Shown here: piece after piece, positions 38,238-49,587 of the stretch
Position numbering within the stretch: the first letter of the stretch is position 1
How the letters are laid out: each line of letters opens with the position of its first letter
From: a virus
Lineage: Duplodnaviria > Caudoviricetes
Strand: one strand, 5' to 3'
Length of the DNA stretch: 64,000 nucleotides
Virus record (IMG/VR): IMGVR_UViG_3300020047_005985
Coordinates: 32,001-96,000 of that record
Position numbers and translations under genes: made by a program
Notes under the pieces: model-generated
What the model was told of the DNA's origin: nothing
Databases searched by the model: none
The model's input: the letters and a program-made list of their open reading frames with translations, nothing else

Positions 38238-39383
38238 ATGAAAAGTCACTCTATATTATTTGTTTCTCCAGTATTAAGGGCATCTTCTCAAGGAAGAGAT
38301 TCTCAAACGTATAATTATATTGATCCTAAAACAAAGGAATTAAAGAAAGGAGAAAGAATGAATAAAACCAGGGAGTTTGGCACAGAAGTTGTGTTAAAAT
38401 TCCTTATTGATTTTAATAAAAATAAATACGTAACGGGATTAGATGAGCTAATTCCTAATCCGTTTCTAGATCTTTCTGAAGAAGAAGTTAGGTCAACTTA
38501 TAACCTAAGTTCTAAATGGACAGATCTGCTTCCAAAAATTATAAAACAATCTCAAATTTCAAGGCAAACTTATTTTGAAATATTAGATAATGTTGATCCT
38601 GACTTTTATACATCAACTGTAAAAGGGCCAACAATGTTTAATTTTCAACCTTATCAGTTACATGGCCCTGAAAAAGCAGAACCATCTTTTATATCCAGAT
38701 TTTCTGTAGTGTTTTTTGATAGACCTAATCGTTTTACCGATGAAACTCCTCGTCAAAGAATGGCAATGCAGTTAATTAAAAATCATCCAAGTATAGCTTT
38801 AAATAAAAGTTCAGCAAACCCTGCTGAACATCTTTTCTATATTTCAGAAGAGAATGAAGCTGAAATGGAAAAAATGAGAAAACAAGATGTAATTGATGCT
38901 GCTAATTATTCTAAGTATAAACTTCAAACCGAGTCTCCTTACTTTATGAATTATAAAGTAGCAAGTCTTTTAACTACACATCAAGGAACACCTTTGATTA
39001 CTGGTGTATCAACTCCAGATCAGGTAAAACAAGCTATTAATAATTTCATGAATGATAGACAATATCAAATGGAGAACATTGGTAAGTTTATGACGATAAT
39101 GGATCTGTTAAAAACATCAGAAGGTAAACAACGATTTGAAATCAAATACTTAGTTCGTCAAGCATTTAATGCAAGAGTTATGGAAAACTCTAATGGTTAT
39201 ATTGTTTGGAAATCTAGATCTGCTTCTAATAATGTTTACAAATGGACTGATTATGAAAAATTGGTTTCGTTCTTAGTTTCAGACATGATTGTTTATGATC
39301 CAGAATCTACTGATACTTCAGTGACAAACTGGTATAATGAATTATTTGAGGAAGTAAAAGCGAAAAACGTCTGGGTAGAATGA
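38238..39383 (+). CDS. conserved crAss-like virion protein downstream of MCP
   Basis: Position; YVTGL, HP.IA, FYI..E motifs. Confidence 0.7.
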   Translation: MKSHSILFVSPVLRASSQGRDSQTYNYIDPKTKELKKGERMNKTREFGTEVVLKFLIDFNKNKYVTGLDELIPNPFLDLSEEEVRSTYNLSSKWTDLLPKIIKQSQISRQTYFEILDNVDPDFYTSTVKGPTMFNFQPYQLHGPEKAEPSFISRFSVVFFDRPNRFTDETPRQRMAMQLIKNHPSIALNKSSANPAEHLFYISEENEAEMEKMRKQDVIDAANYSKYKLQTESPYFMNYKVASLLTTHQGTPLITGVSTPDQVKQAINNFMNDRQYQMENIGKFMTIMDLLKTSEGKQRFEIKYLVRQAFNARVMENSNGYIVWKSRSASNNVYKWTDYEKLVSFLVSDMIVYDPESTDTSVTNWYNELFEEVKAKNVWVE

Positions 39384-40108
39384 CAATAGAACGTCTTCAT
39401 CAAGAAATTAAATTCCGATGGAATAAACTCAATTCTAATCATAAGAAAGATTTACCTGGAGCTTATCTTGATGATGCTCTCAATAAAGCCACTGATGATT
39501 TTATTGAGATATTCTATTCTGGAAATAATTCAAAAGAATATAAATTCGGTTTTGAGGTAATTCAACAAAGGATTGATATGCTACAAACTCTAGTAGTAGA
39601 GTTGCCTTATTCAGTAGCTAATTTAGATGTAAATAAATATGCTGCGGATATATCTTTATTTAATCCATCATATAGACATTTTCTTAGAGCATATGTTGTA
39701 CCATTAGAGTGTACAGCTAAAAAGATACCTGTGACAATAACACGTTTAAACGATCTTGATGTAAAATTAACAGATGCTAATACTCAACCAAGTTTAACTT
39801 GGAACAGATGTTTAGGTTCAATTCAAGATAATAAGTTAGTTCTCTATACAAAAGAATATACAATAAACGAAATTATTGTAAACTATTTAAGAAATCCTGT
39901 TAAAGTTTTTTCAGGTGGGTATAATTCTTTAGAATATGAAAATGGTGATTTAAGCGCATATCAATCTGGTAGTCCTACAGTTACATCAGATTTACCAGAA
40001 TCATATCATGATCTTTTAGTAGATATGACTGTTCAATATATCAGTCGTACACTAGAAGATAATAATAAATTTCAATTACAAAAAGAACAAATCATATCTA
40101 AAATATGA
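39380..40108 (+). CDS. head-tail ring protein
   Basis: MTI..LH.E....NK..S, GFE..Q.RID.L..LV, YLR.P, LPE..H...VD. Confidence 0.75.
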   Translation: MTIERLHQEIKFRWNKLNSNHKKDLPGAYLDDALNKATDDFIEIFYSGNNSKEYKFGFEVIQQRIDMLQTLVVELPYSVANLDVNKYAADISLFNPSYRHFLRAYVVPLECTAKKIPVTITRLNDLDVKLTDANTQPSLTWNRCLGSIQDNKLVLYTKEYTINEIIVNYLRNPVKVFSGGYNSLEYENGDLSAYQSGSPTVTSDLPESYHDLLVDMTVQYISRTLEDNNKFQLQKEQIISKI

Positions 40109-41556
40109 GAAAAACAAACAAACTTCCCATGATTTCTGTATTGGTTCCAACTGGCGACCAAGTTTTAGCATCAGGGGATTTTACAACCGCAGGTACCAAT
40201 CTTAACTTACTTAATGGTCAATTAGGTGTATTAAGTTTTGACCTCAACTCAACTGTTAAACCAACTGGTAAATATTTAGCTGCTGGAGATGATGCTGCTG
40301 AAGTAGCTGCTATTAAAGTAGTTCAAGGTACACCAGCTTCAGCAAATACTCAGCTTGCTGATATTTGGGGTGTTGGCGATCCTTCACATGTAGAATCAAA
40401 TGTTATTTTACGTAATGCTGTTCGTTCAGTATATGTAAAAAAAGCTAAATTTGCTACATTAGGTGCACAAGCAGTAACAACTTTTCCTACCATCGTAAAC
40501 AATGGTGTTTACAATAGTTATCTTACTTTAGAGTCTGTTCGTATGGAAAAAGAGTATGGTATTACTAATTCCAATTCTCTCTATGGAAGTTCTCCTATAG
40601 TAGCTGACTATGCTGGTATTACCAATCCTTTGGATTATGTATTGACTAACATTATGACTGATTTTAATAGTCAGTCTAAAGCAGTAGCTTCTAATACTCG
40701 TAAAGGTACTCAACCTTTTGTTGTATTTGGTGTGAAAATTGCTGGTGGTGCAGGTCAAGCACTTGGTACAATTACACCTACTACCAATATTACCTTTCAG
40801 GTTACTAATGGTGTAAATCAGGTTTTATCTAGCTCTGTTGAATTAGTACAAGCTTTAGCTCGATTGGTTCAAGATTCTACTTTAACCAATACTTCAACCA
40901 TTGAGGCAGTTGATATTACTACTGCTGGTGCAGCCGCTAAAATTGATGCTTTAATAGTAGTTGGTTTACCTCACACACTTGCTGCTTATTATGATAATGT
41001 TGAGCAGAAGATGGTATTCCCAAGGATTAGTCTTGGTGGTAATTTTATTTCCGGAACTTCTGATCCAGTAGTAACTACTTGCTATCCTGAAGAAGGTACA
41101 GGTCATACTTCTAAATGGAAACTTTGGTCTAACTCTAGAAATCAATTGAATATTCATACCATGCAGAATGCACCTCACGGTGATTGGTTTTCTGAAGGTA
41201 AGTCTTATATTGATTTATCAAAAGCATTTTATACTTCTTATATTATCGAGCATTATGCAGTAGAAAGTACTCTTACTTTTGACATACAGTCTCCTAAGAA
41301 AACAGTACTTTTGTTCCGTTGTGAACCGGATGCTGCTTTTGTGGTAAATGTTGCAAACGTTGTAACTAGAATTGCTGCTGGTAGTACTCCAATTCCAATG
41401 TTAAACTCTAATGATGCAGGTGCAGGTATTATATCTGCTAATACTATCACAGGTGTTGAAGCTATTTTATCAGCATGGTTGAAATCAACTAAAACATTAG
41501 GTTACTCTGATTTGACAGTAGGTGCTGATGCTACTGATGCAACTTATATAGCATAA
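40105..41556 (+). CDS. virion structural protein (auxiliary capsid-like)
   Basis: 483 aa, position, terminator follows. Confidence 0.65.
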   Translation: MRKTNKLPMISVLVPTGDQVLASGDFTTAGTNLNLLNGQLGVLSFDLNSTVKPTGKYLAAGDDAAEVAAIKVVQGTPASANTQLADIWGVGDPSHVESNVILRNAVRSVYVKKAKFATLGAQAVTTFPTIVNNGVYNSYLTLESVRMEKEYGITNSNSLYGSSPIVADYAGITNPLDYVLTNIMTDFNSQSKAVASNTRKGTQPFVVFGVKIAGGAGQALGTITPTTNITFQVTNGVNQVLSSSVELVQALARLVQDSTLTNTSTIEAVDITTAGAAAKIDALIVVGLPHTLAAYYDNVEQKMVFPRISLGGNFISGTSDPVVTTCYPEEGTGHTSKWKLWSNSRNQLNIHTMQNAPHGDWFSEGKSYIDLSKAFYTSYIIEHYAVESTLTFDIQSPKKTVLLFRCEPDAAFVVNVANVVTRIAAGSTPIPMLNSNDAGAGIISANTITGVEAILSAWLKSTKTLGYSDLTVGADATDATYIA

Positions 41557-41576
41557 TAATTACTTATATTTTATCG

Positions 41577-41612
41577 AAAGGGGAGGAATGCTTAATTGCG
41601 TTTCTCCCCTTT
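41577..41612 (+). terminator. intrinsic terminator
   Basis: aaaggggag...ctccccttt. Confidence 0.8.
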
Positions 41613-41625
41613 CTTATTTATTTTT

Positions 41626-43026
41626 ATGGGACAATACGATAAATACAAAGATTTAATCATTCCGGCTAATATAGCCAAGCTATTTGTCTCATCAGCAAAT
41701 TCTATATTGGGTGTTGGAATGCCTGGTTCTAGACCTACTACAGCAGGGCCAGGAAATGAAGGAATAAATCTTGGGATTTGGTTTCAAGAAAAAATTGATT
41801 CTGGTGATTTAGAAATAAATAGTACAGATGTTGATTTAAATACTGCTGTTGGTGTTACTCCAGGCTCTACTGATATTGGTATTTTTACAGGTTCTATTAT
41901 ATCAGACAATACTACTGTAATAAATGCTTTACAAGAGTTAGAAACTTATATAGAAAGTCTGGTTTTAAGTGGTGGTGGAAACGGTATCTACTCTGGTAGC
42001 GGTAACATTCCAAACAACACAACTGCTACAGCTTTAGGTACATTTAATATAGATACTACTGGAGCAATAGGTAGAAATATTCAGTTTGGTGGAATATCAG
42101 GTATATCTGCTGAAAGATACGGAGTAAAAATACACTCTGATAGTGTTTCTTTAGGTAATGTATTTGGTACATTAAGTCAAGGTCAGATTAATTTAAATGC
42201 TAATGGAGTGTCTTTTACTGGTGACACTAATAACTTATTTGAATTAAATTCAACTGGTGGAGGAGCATTAACTATTCTGGATAACTTTATTATTACGGAT
42301 TCTAATAATCTTGGTGGTATAAAGTACGGAGCAGATTATTCAGCATTCTTTACATTAGAATCACTGATTACAAAAAGATATGTTGATGATGCTTTAGCAT
42401 CAATTACAACCACAGGTGGCGGAATATATGGTGGATCTGGAACTGTTCCTACAACAGTAACAGCTACGCTTACTGATAATATTACTTTTACAACAACTAA
42501 TCCATCAGGATACTTTTTTACAAATATAGGTGATTTAGCAGGTAGTAACTTGCTATTAAACTTTACAGAAGGAAGATTACGTTATTATGATCTAGCAGGA
42601 AATAGTGAAGTTATTACTGATGGTTCAGGCATATCCTTAACAACACCTACTACAAATAGAGTAATTATTAGGGGAAGTGATGCAAGATATTTTGCTAATT
42701 ATGCAGGAACATATTCAAATAGATCTCTAGTTGATAAGGAATATGTTGACGGAAAGTTCAGTTTAACTGGAGCATCAATAGGAAGTATATTAGTTCATAA
42801 TGGAACAGGTTATGTATCTGTTTCACCTATAGTAGAAACACAATCAGGAATATCAGGAACATTAGTAACATTGGCAGCAACGCCTTGTAGTTTCTGTTCA
42901 CTAAACATTTTCAAAAATGGTCAATTATTAGTAGTGACCGATGATTATACAATATCGGGTTCTTCGCTTACATTGACAACAACTTTAAACTCAAGTGATA
43001 AAATCACTGCTCAATATTATATATAA
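41626..43026 (+). CDS. fibre/structural protein
   Basis: G/T/S-rich, repeated GIYGGSG and SL..K.YVD; ATG at 41626 preferred. Confidence 0.75.
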   Translation: MGQYDKYKDLIIPANIAKLFVSSANSILGVGMPGSRPTTAGPGNEGINLGIWFQEKIDSGDLEINSTDVDLNTAVGVTPGSTDIGIFTGSIISDNTTVINALQELETYIESLVLSGGGNGIYSGSGNIPNNTTATALGTFNIDTTGAIGRNIQFGGISGISAERYGVKIHSDSVSLGNVFGTLSQGQINLNANGVSFTGDTNNLFELNSTGGGALTILDNFIITDSNNLGGIKYGADYSAFFTLESLITKRYVDDALASITTTGGGIYGGSGTVPTTVTATLTDNITFTTTNPSGYFFTNIGDLAGSNLLLNFTEGRLRYYDLAGNSEVITDGSGISLTTPTTNRVIIRGSDARYFANYAGTYSNRSLVDKEYVDGKFSLTGASIGSILVHNGTGYVSVSPIVETQSGISGTLVTLAATPCSFCSLNIFKNGQLLVVTDDYTISGSSLTLTTTLNSSDKITAQYYI

Positions 43027-43029
43027 AAG

Positions 43030-45306
43030 ATGGCAGTAACAAGAATTAGAAATGGAAAACAGCTTCAAACATCTGTTGCTCCTGGTGCCTTAATGGTAAC
43101 AGACAGCTCTACTGAAGTTGCTTTCTTAGAAGCCTCTACTGGTGCAGATAGAATTGCGTTTTACGATGATTCGGCTTCTGCAATAGCATGGTTAACAATA
43201 GGAACAAATTTATCTATTTCAGGAACAACGCTTAATGCTTCTGCTGGGGCAGGTGGGTATGCTGAAATACAAGAAGAGGGTACTCCTCTTACAGCCAGAA
43301 CAAAATTAAACTTTGTTGGTGCTGGTTTTACTGCGTCAGATGATGCTGGTAACACAAGAACGAATGTGACATTAGATGCTACACTTAATTCGTTAGCCGC
43401 ATACAATACAAACGGATTTCTTGTCCAAACAGCAGCAGATACATTTACTGGTAGATCTTTAACGGCTCCTGCTGCGGGTATCACAATTTCAAATAACGAT
43501 GGTGTATCTGGCAATCCGACTTTTACACTAGCTAATGATTTGGCTGCTGTAGAAGGATTAGCTACTAATGGTATTGCTGTAAGAACAGCAACCGATACAT
43601 GGAATACAAGAACTATTACTGGAACTACTAATAGAATTGTGGTTACAAACGGTGATGGTATTTCAGGAAACCCAACTTTAGATGTCGGTACTTTAGTTGC
43701 AATATTATCTGATAACGAAACTGTATCTGGCACATGGACATTCAGTAATAATATTACATTAAACGGAACTCCTTCTGCTGGAACTGACGTTACTAACGTA
43801 ACGTTTGTAAATACAGCTATTGCCAATGCAGTAGCTGGACTTAGGAGAGGTTCAGTTAGAGGTGCAACTACTGCTATTTTAACTGCAACAGCTCAAACAG
43901 CTACTACGATAACTCTTGGTGGAACTACCTTTACACATGACGGAATAACTTATGCGAATGGTGATACTATCTTGGTAAAAGATTCAGTAACAGGTGGTTC
44001 AGGTGGTGCATTTAACAATGGTGTTTATACCGTAGGTGGAATTGGTTCATCTGTTGTTCTTACTCGCGTAAGTTGGATGGATGCAGCTTCTGAAATAGAT
44101 GGCGTATATGTAGCTGTTGAAGATGGTACTGCTAACGTAGGAACTCTTTGGATCACTGTATCTGAAGTAACTACTTTAGGTACTGATACAATTACCTTTA
44201 CCAGGATTCAAACAACTGGTACAATTGATGGTACTGGTTCCGCTAATAAGGTAGCTTATTGGTCTGATGCAGATACACTTACATTTAATACCAACTTTAC
44301 TTATGATGGTAATAATTTAATTGTAGGTACAACTACCGCAGCAGGTTCTACTAGATTAACTTCTAGAGGTTCTGGAACAGGTTCAGGTACTTATAACTAC
44401 ACAGGTCAGAACTCATCTGGTACAAGCGTATTTAGAGTTGCTGATGATGGTACTTTAACTATTGGTGCAACCAACCAGTTAAGTATAACAAAAGATGGAT
44501 TTAGTGCTACAACCAATGGCATATATTCTTTTGATTATGCAGGAGCTTCAACAGGCTTTATGTTTACTGGATCAGGTAATACTGGTGTTGATGTTGCTAT
44601 GGGAGCAAACACCTCAAATGTACCTAATTTAAGTGCTTCTGGTAATAGAACTAGTACTTCTGCCAATCAAATTCAGTTTAGATCTGGTGGCAGTTTTACA
44701 CCATCAGCAGCAGGTACTAATACATTTGCTGGTGTAGATGTTAACCATACTATTAATCAAACTGGTGGACATACTGGTATTACTTATGGTGTAAACGTAA
44801 GTCCTACATTAACTGCGGCTTCTGACTATAGAGGTTTTTATGCTAATGTATCGGCTTCTCATTATGCGATTTATTCTGATTCAGGTAAAGTTCGCTTAGA
44901 TGTAGGTTCAGACGCTAACTGGGATATATTAACTAGAAGTACAACTGGCGAATTAACGAGAATTGCTAATGGTACTACTGGACAAGTTCTTACTGCAACA
45001 ACTGGTTCTGCTCCAACATGGCAAGCAGCCGCAGGTGGAACTATCACTAGAGCATATTTGACAGGTTCTACTTCTTCAGTTATTGACTTGGACTCAGGTA
45101 CGGCTGTAACTGATGTTGATGGAACTAATATTGCATTTACTGTACCAGCAGATTTAGATAAAACATTTGTTGTTAGAAACGGTGTAGTTTTATCTCGTTC
45201 TGGAACAGTATCTAGAGATTACACATTGGTATCTGCTACTGGAGTTCTTACTCTTGCAACAGCACTTACTAGCGATGAAAGTTTAATGGTTTATAAAATA
45301 GTATAA
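43030..45306 (+). CDS. tail/head fibre protein
   Basis: T/G/A-rich, NGDGxSGNPT repeats. Confidence 0.8.
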   Translation: MAVTRIRNGKQLQTSVAPGALMVTDSSTEVAFLEASTGADRIAFYDDSASAIAWLTIGTNLSISGTTLNASAGAGGYAEIQEEGTPLTARTKLNFVGAGFTASDDAGNTRTNVTLDATLNSLAAYNTNGFLVQTAADTFTGRSLTAPAAGITISNNDGVSGNPTFTLANDLAAVEGLATNGIAVRTATDTWNTRTITGTTNRIVVTNGDGISGNPTLDVGTLVAILSDNETVSGTWTFSNNITLNGTPSAGTDVTNVTFVNTAIANAVAGLRRGSVRGATTAILTATAQTATTITLGGTTFTHDGITYANGDTILVKDSVTGGSGGAFNNGVYTVGGIGSSVVLTRVSWMDAASEIDGVYVAVEDGTANVGTLWITVSEVTTLGTDTITFTRIQTTGTIDGTGSANKVAYWSDADTLTFNTNFTYDGNNLIVGTTTAAGSTRLTSRGSGTGSGTYNYTGQNSSGTSVFRVADDGTLTIGATNQLSITKDGFSATTNGIYSFDYAGASTGFMFTGSGNTGVDVAMGANTSNVPNLSASGNRTSTSANQIQFRSGGSFTPSAAGTNTFAGVDVNHTINQTGGHTGITYGVNVSPTLTAASDYRGFYANVSASHYAIYSDSGKVRLDVGSDANWDILTRSTTGELTRIANGTTGQVLTATTGSAPTWQAAAGGTITRAYLTGSTSSVIDLDSGTAVTDVDGTNIAFTVPADLDKTFVVRNGVVLSRSGTVSRDYTLVSATGVLTLATALTSDESLMVYKIV

Positions 45307-45312
45307 TAAATT

Positions 45313-47091
45313 ATGGCAGCAACAAAAATTACTCCTAAACAGATAGTTGGAACAGGAGCTAATACTAATGATGTGCTGGCCTTCAATGGAACAGATTGGA
45401 CTCCTACTGCCCCTTCAGGTGGTGGGAGTTCTTCTGGTATCGCTGGAGCAGTTCAAATATCTGGAGGTTCCGGTACATTTTCTTCAGACGCAACAAATTT
45501 CTTTTTTGACGATACTACCAATCAGTTACAACTAACTGGTGGTACATCTTATGGGCTTCGTATTCAAGGTCAAAATGGTGGTGTTGATGCTTCAGCTAGT
45601 TCAGCAGTAACAGGAGCATTTACTCCATTTAGAAGTAATACAAATGCAACAGGCTCTGTAAATCTGAACCTCACAAATTCAAATACTAGTTCTGCAACAG
45701 CCCACACTGTACTAACTTTAAGTACATCAGTAGGTGGAGGAGATCCGTTTGTAAAACTAAATACTGCTGAAATAGGTTATGTTATTGGCGTTGATAATTC
45801 TGGTTCTGATAAATTATTTATTGGATTAGGAACTGATCCTTCTACAATGTCGTCTGCCAATATTACTATTTCTAGTATTAATACTGGTATATCACAAACT
45901 AGTCCAACAGCCAAATTGCATATTTCAGGTGGAACAGCTACTGCAAATACAGCCCCTATTAAGATAGATTCTGGGACAGCATTAACTACTCCTGAAGATG
46001 GAGCTATTGAATATCATGGTTCTCACCTATATTTTACAATAGGTTCAACTAGATATCAATTAGATCAACAAGCATCTAGTTTAACTGATGGTGACTATGG
46101 AGATATTACAGTATCTTCAGGTGGTACAGTTTGGACAATAGATAACTTAGCTGTTACAAATGCTAAAATAAATGATGTTAGTTTTGCTAAATTAACCAAT
46201 GGTACTTTAGCAGCTAACTTAACTGGTACTTTAGTTAATTCTGGAATTTTAGCTTTTAACTATAATTCTGGTTCTAGTGCTTTATTCTTAGATGATGCTA
46301 ACTCAACAGCTTCTATGTTTTCAGAAGATGGAACTCAATATGTTAGCGCAAGTAATACGTCGGTTACTGTGGGGTCAGGTACTACTCAAATGGAATATAT
46401 TGATGGAGTTTTACGTTTGTATGACTCTGATATAACTCAATATGTAGGTCTTACTGTTCCTGCTACAGGTTCTCTAACAACTTCCTACACACTCACATTC
46501 CCAGTAGATGATGGTACTTCTGGTCAAGCCTTAACTACTAACGGTACAGGAGGATTGTCTTGGACAACAGTTGGTACGGGAGATGTTACTGGCCCAGGTT
46601 CAGCAGTAGATAATCAAATTGTACTTTTTAACTCTACTACAGGTAAAGTTATAAAAGCTGCAACTACTTCTGGTATTGTTACTGCTACATCAGGTGCTTA
46701 CGGAGTAGTTACTGCTCCATCAGGAACTATTGTTGGAACTACTGATACACAGACTCTTACAAATAAGCGTATAGATCCAAGAGTAACTTCAACGGCATCT
46801 AATACTGCACCAGCTCCAGATGTATCTACAACAGATATTTATATTATAACTGCATTAGCAGGTAACTGTACTCTTGGTTCACCAACAGGAACTCCTGTTC
46901 AGGGAACAAAACTTTTGTACAGAATAAAAGATAATGGAATAGCTAGAACTTTAGCTTATAACGCTATTTATAGAGCAATGGGAGTAATACTTCCTACAAC
47001 TACTGTAATTAGTAAAACACTTTACATAGGATGTATCTATAACTCAACTGATACAAAGTGGGATATAGTATCAATAAACATGGAGGCTTAA
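45313..47091 (+). CDS. tail fibre protein
   Basis: GI...SPTAKLHI, DGDYGDITVS, YTLT.P..DG..GQ.L.TNG.G.LSW, TQTLTNK modules. Confidence 0.8.
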   Translation: MAATKITPKQIVGTGANTNDVLAFNGTDWTPTAPSGGGSSSGIAGAVQISGGSGTFSSDATNFFFDDTTNQLQLTGGTSYGLRIQGQNGGVDASASSAVTGAFTPFRSNTNATGSVNLNLTNSNTSSATAHTVLTLSTSVGGGDPFVKLNTAEIGYVIGVDNSGSDKLFIGLGTDPSTMSSANITISSINTGISQTSPTAKLHISGGTATANTAPIKIDSGTALTTPEDGAIEYHGSHLYFTIGSTRYQLDQQASSLTDGDYGDITVSSGGTVWTIDNLAVTNAKINDVSFAKLTNGTLAANLTGTLVNSGILAFNYNSGSSALFLDDANSTASMFSEDGTQYVSASNTSVTVGSGTTQMEYIDGVLRLYDSDITQYVGLTVPATGSLTTSYTLTFPVDDGTSGQALTTNGTGGLSWTTVGTGDVTGPGSAVDNQIVLFNSTTGKVIKAATTSGIVTATSGAYGVVTAPSGTIVGTTDTQTLTNKRIDPRVTSTASNTAPAPDVSTTDIYIITALAGNCTLGSPTGTPVQGTKLLYRIKDNGIARTLAYNAIYRAMGVILPTTTVISKTLYIGCIYNSTDTKWDIVSINMEA

Positions 47092-47092
47092 T

Positions 47093-47782
47093 ATGTCAAG
47101 AAGTATAATAACTTCAGGAACAACTTGGACATGTCCAAGAGGTGTTGATTCAATTTATGTTGAATGCTTCGGTGGTGGAGGAGGAGGTGGTGGAGCCTCT
47201 GGAAATCCTTCTGCTGGAGGAGGTGGAGGTGGTGGTGGTTATGCTGCTGCAACCCAAACTGTAACAGGTGGCACTACCTATAGTATTCAAATAGGAACTG
47301 CTGGAACTGCTGGCCTCTCAGGAGGTGGTAGTGGAGGGGCTGGAGGTGCTACTTGGTTTAACAGTTCTGGAACACTGAGTGCCAATGGAGGTAGTGGTGG
47401 CACAGGAGCTTCAGCTAATAGTTCAAATGGAGCAGAGGGAGCTGGAGGTACAGGTGCTGCTGGAACAGTTTTAAATACAGGCGGATCTGGTTCTACTGGT
47501 AACTTCACTTCTGGTGGAGGAGCTGGTGGAGGATGTGCAGGTACTTCTGCTGGAGGAAATGCTTCTGGGTCAACTAGAGGAACATCAGGGGGTTCGCCTG
47601 CTGGCCCAGGTGCTAATGGTGTAGCCACTAATACTGCTGGAGGAGCTCCTATATCTGGTTATGGCGGTGGTGGTTCTGGTGGTAGAGCCGGATCTGCTAC
47701 AGATAGAGCAGGTGGTGCTGGAAGAGTAGGTTGTATAATTATAACCTATAATGGTGGAGGAGATTTTCTCCAAATGTTTTAA
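47093..47782 (+). CDS. glycine-rich domain protein (fibre tip-like)
   Basis: TWTCP.GV..I.VE..GGGGGG...G.IIITY. Confidence 0.8.
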   Translation: MSRSIITSGTTWTCPRGVDSIYVECFGGGGGGGGASGNPSAGGGGGGGGYAAATQTVTGGTTYSIQIGTAGTAGLSGGGSGGAGGATWFNSSGTLSANGGSGGTGASANSSNGAEGAGGTGAAGTVLNTGGSGSTGNFTSGGGAGGGCAGTSAGGNASGSTRGTSGGSPAGPGANGVATNTAGGAPISGYGGGGSGGRAGSATDRAGGAGRVGCIIITYNGGGDFLQMF

Positions 47783-47830
47783 TCCGGCGATAAAATTTTT
47801 ATTGTAAATTTGCTACTTAAAATCATTAAT

Positions 47831-48148
47831 ATGAAACAAGAAATAAAAAGAAAAATTGCCCTGAAAGAGGCTGTATCCAAAGAAATCTTAGACGCAGACA
47901 CTGAACTTAAATCTTTAAGAGATCAGTTGCAACAAGCACAAAGTATTTTTAATGCTAAAAACGAAGCGCTTAAAAGATTTGTAACTGGAATTTGTTTACA
48001 AGAAGGAGTTAATCCTTTAAAAGAAGGTGTTTTCTTTTCAGAAGATTACAAGGAAATTAATATTTACTCTTTGGAAGAAGTAAAAGAAGAATCTGCAAAA
48101 AAATCCCACGTGAAAAAATCCCCCGTGAAACATGAAAAAGTAAAATGA
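47831..48148 (+). CDS. coiled-coil hypothetical protein
   Basis: ATG at 47831 downstream of TAAATTTG (47805-47812). Confidence 0.7.
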   Translation: MKQEIKRKIALKEAVSKEILDADTELKSLRDQLQQAQSIFNAKNEALKRFVTGICLQEGVNPLKEGVFFSEDYKEINIYSLEEVKEESAKKSHVKKSPVKHEKVK

Positions 48149-48660
48149 AGTCTTATTTAATTAAAATTTTAGCAGGATTGAATAGTTTTGCATTAACAAT
48201 AACCTCTATATTTCTATCTTTTATCGCACCAATACAAGGCTTGGTTTTTCTAAGCATTATATTGTGTTTGTTTGATTTTTTAACTAAAATTTATTTAGTG
48301 TACCGCCAAAAAGGATTTAAAGCTATTGAATCTAAAAAAATGGGGGACACCGGATTCAAAATACTATTCTACTGCTCATTATTAATAGTATTACAATTAA
48401 TACATAATATATTTTTCGTAGAATTTGGTCATTCTATATTAAGTACTATATTTGATCCTGAAAATGTTGAAACAATGATGAAATTAAATATCACTTCTGT
48501 TGGTGCTTTTTTAATCATTGTTCGAGAAATTAAATCTATTGATGAAAACTGGGAATCTTTTTCAGGATGGTCATTTATAGAAACCGTAGCTAGTAAATTT
48601 TCATGGTTTTTTAAATTAAAAAATGGAACTACAACTTCAAAGAAAACAACAGAAGGATGA
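48145..48660 (+). CDS. holin
   Basis: Transmembrane segments, I.S.K...T..K, E..SI.EN motifs; adjacent to lysin. Confidence 0.75.
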   Translation: MKSYLIKILAGLNSFALTITSIFLSFIAPIQGLVFLSIILCLFDFLTKIYLVYRQKGFKAIESKKMGDTGFKILFYCSLLIVLQLIHNIFFVEFGHSILSTIFDPENVETMMKLNITSVGAFLIIVREIKSIDENWESFSGWSFIETVASKFSWFFKLKNGTTTSKKTTEG

Positions 48661-49156
48661 TATTACTTTTGGAGAATTATTTATAAATAATAAATTTTTC
48701 TGTTATACTTTAGAAGATAAAATTAGAACGGAAAAAATAAAAAACGAGACATGTATTCCAGAAGGAGAATACATTGTAGAATTATCTTATTCACAAAGAT
48801 TTGAAAAAATATTACCTCGTTTGAAACACGTACCTAATTTTAAAGGTATTTTAATTCATGCTGGTAACACTATTGCTGATACAAGTGGATGTATTTTAGT
48901 GGGAATGAATCTCAAAGAAGATTCAATTACACAATCTACTATAGCACTGAAACGTTTAATGTTAAAGCTGGATAAAGAACAGAATATAAAAATAAAAATT
49001 ATCAATCCTAAAAAAGAAGAGATAACTAAATCTCCTGAACTCAACGTTCAACAAATTCCTAACACAATACAAACTAATAAAACATGGAAAACAACCTCGT
49101 TCAAAAAGTTATTAACACAAATCTGGATCTGGTTTCTACAGAAATTATCCCTTTAA
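48623..49156 (+). CDS. DUF5675-family putative endolysin
   Basis: T.G.L......FCYTLE, CIPEG.Y, GILIH.GN...DT.GCILVG. Confidence 0.85.
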   Translation: MELQLQRKQQKDDITFGELFINNKFFCYTLEDKIRTEKIKNETCIPEGEYIVELSYSQRFEKILPRLKHVPNFKGILIHAGNTIADTSGCILVGMNLKEDSITQSTIALKRLMLKLDKEQNIKIKIINPKKEEITKSPELNVQQIPNTIQTNKTWKTTSFKKLLTQIWIWFLQKLSL

Positions 49157-49587
49157 TTGACAACTCTTATGCAAGAGTATCCGCTACAGAAGTTTTAGAA
49201 AGATTAAAAACTACTGTAATTGTATTAACTGATGATAATGCTGCTAACAAAGATCAAGTTGCACTTATTTGGGGAACTCTTACTTCAGATCCTAATATTA
49301 CTGAAGCTGTAAGACAAGCTCTTTTAGAAGCAATTTCTAAAATTGATGAACCTGCAATTCAAGAAGGTTTAAGTTTATTAATTCCACCAATCACTAAAAC
49401 TTTGGTTGCTGTTACAGATAATGTAAAACCTGATGGTGCCCAGCTTAAACAAATTTGGAAAGAGTTTTTAGAAAGTCCAGAATTTATTAAGTTTGTTCTC
49501 TCTAATCTGGATTGGATTTTATCTAGAATTATAAAGGATAAAAAGCTTGCTGGATGGATTAGTAATTTAATTAAACTTATAGATTAA
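49084..49587 (+). CDS. hypothetical protein with internal duplication
   Basis: Repeat T...LTDD...DQV..IW / T..AVTDN...QL..IW. Confidence 0.75.
   Translation: MENNLVQKVINTNLDLVSTEIIPLIDNSYARVSATEVLERLKTTVIVLTDDNAANKDQVALIWGTLTSDPNITEAVRQALLEAISKIDEPAIQEGLSLLIPPITKTLVAVTDNVKPDGAQLKQIWKEFLESPEFIKFVLSNLDWILSRIIKDKKLAGWISNLIKLID

Noticed and set aside
43161-47773. Minus-strand ORFs at 43161-43826, 47287-47628 and 47585-47773 (also 37013-37474, 30757-31140 and similar)
   Set aside because: Antisense shadows of strongly biased plus-strand genes.
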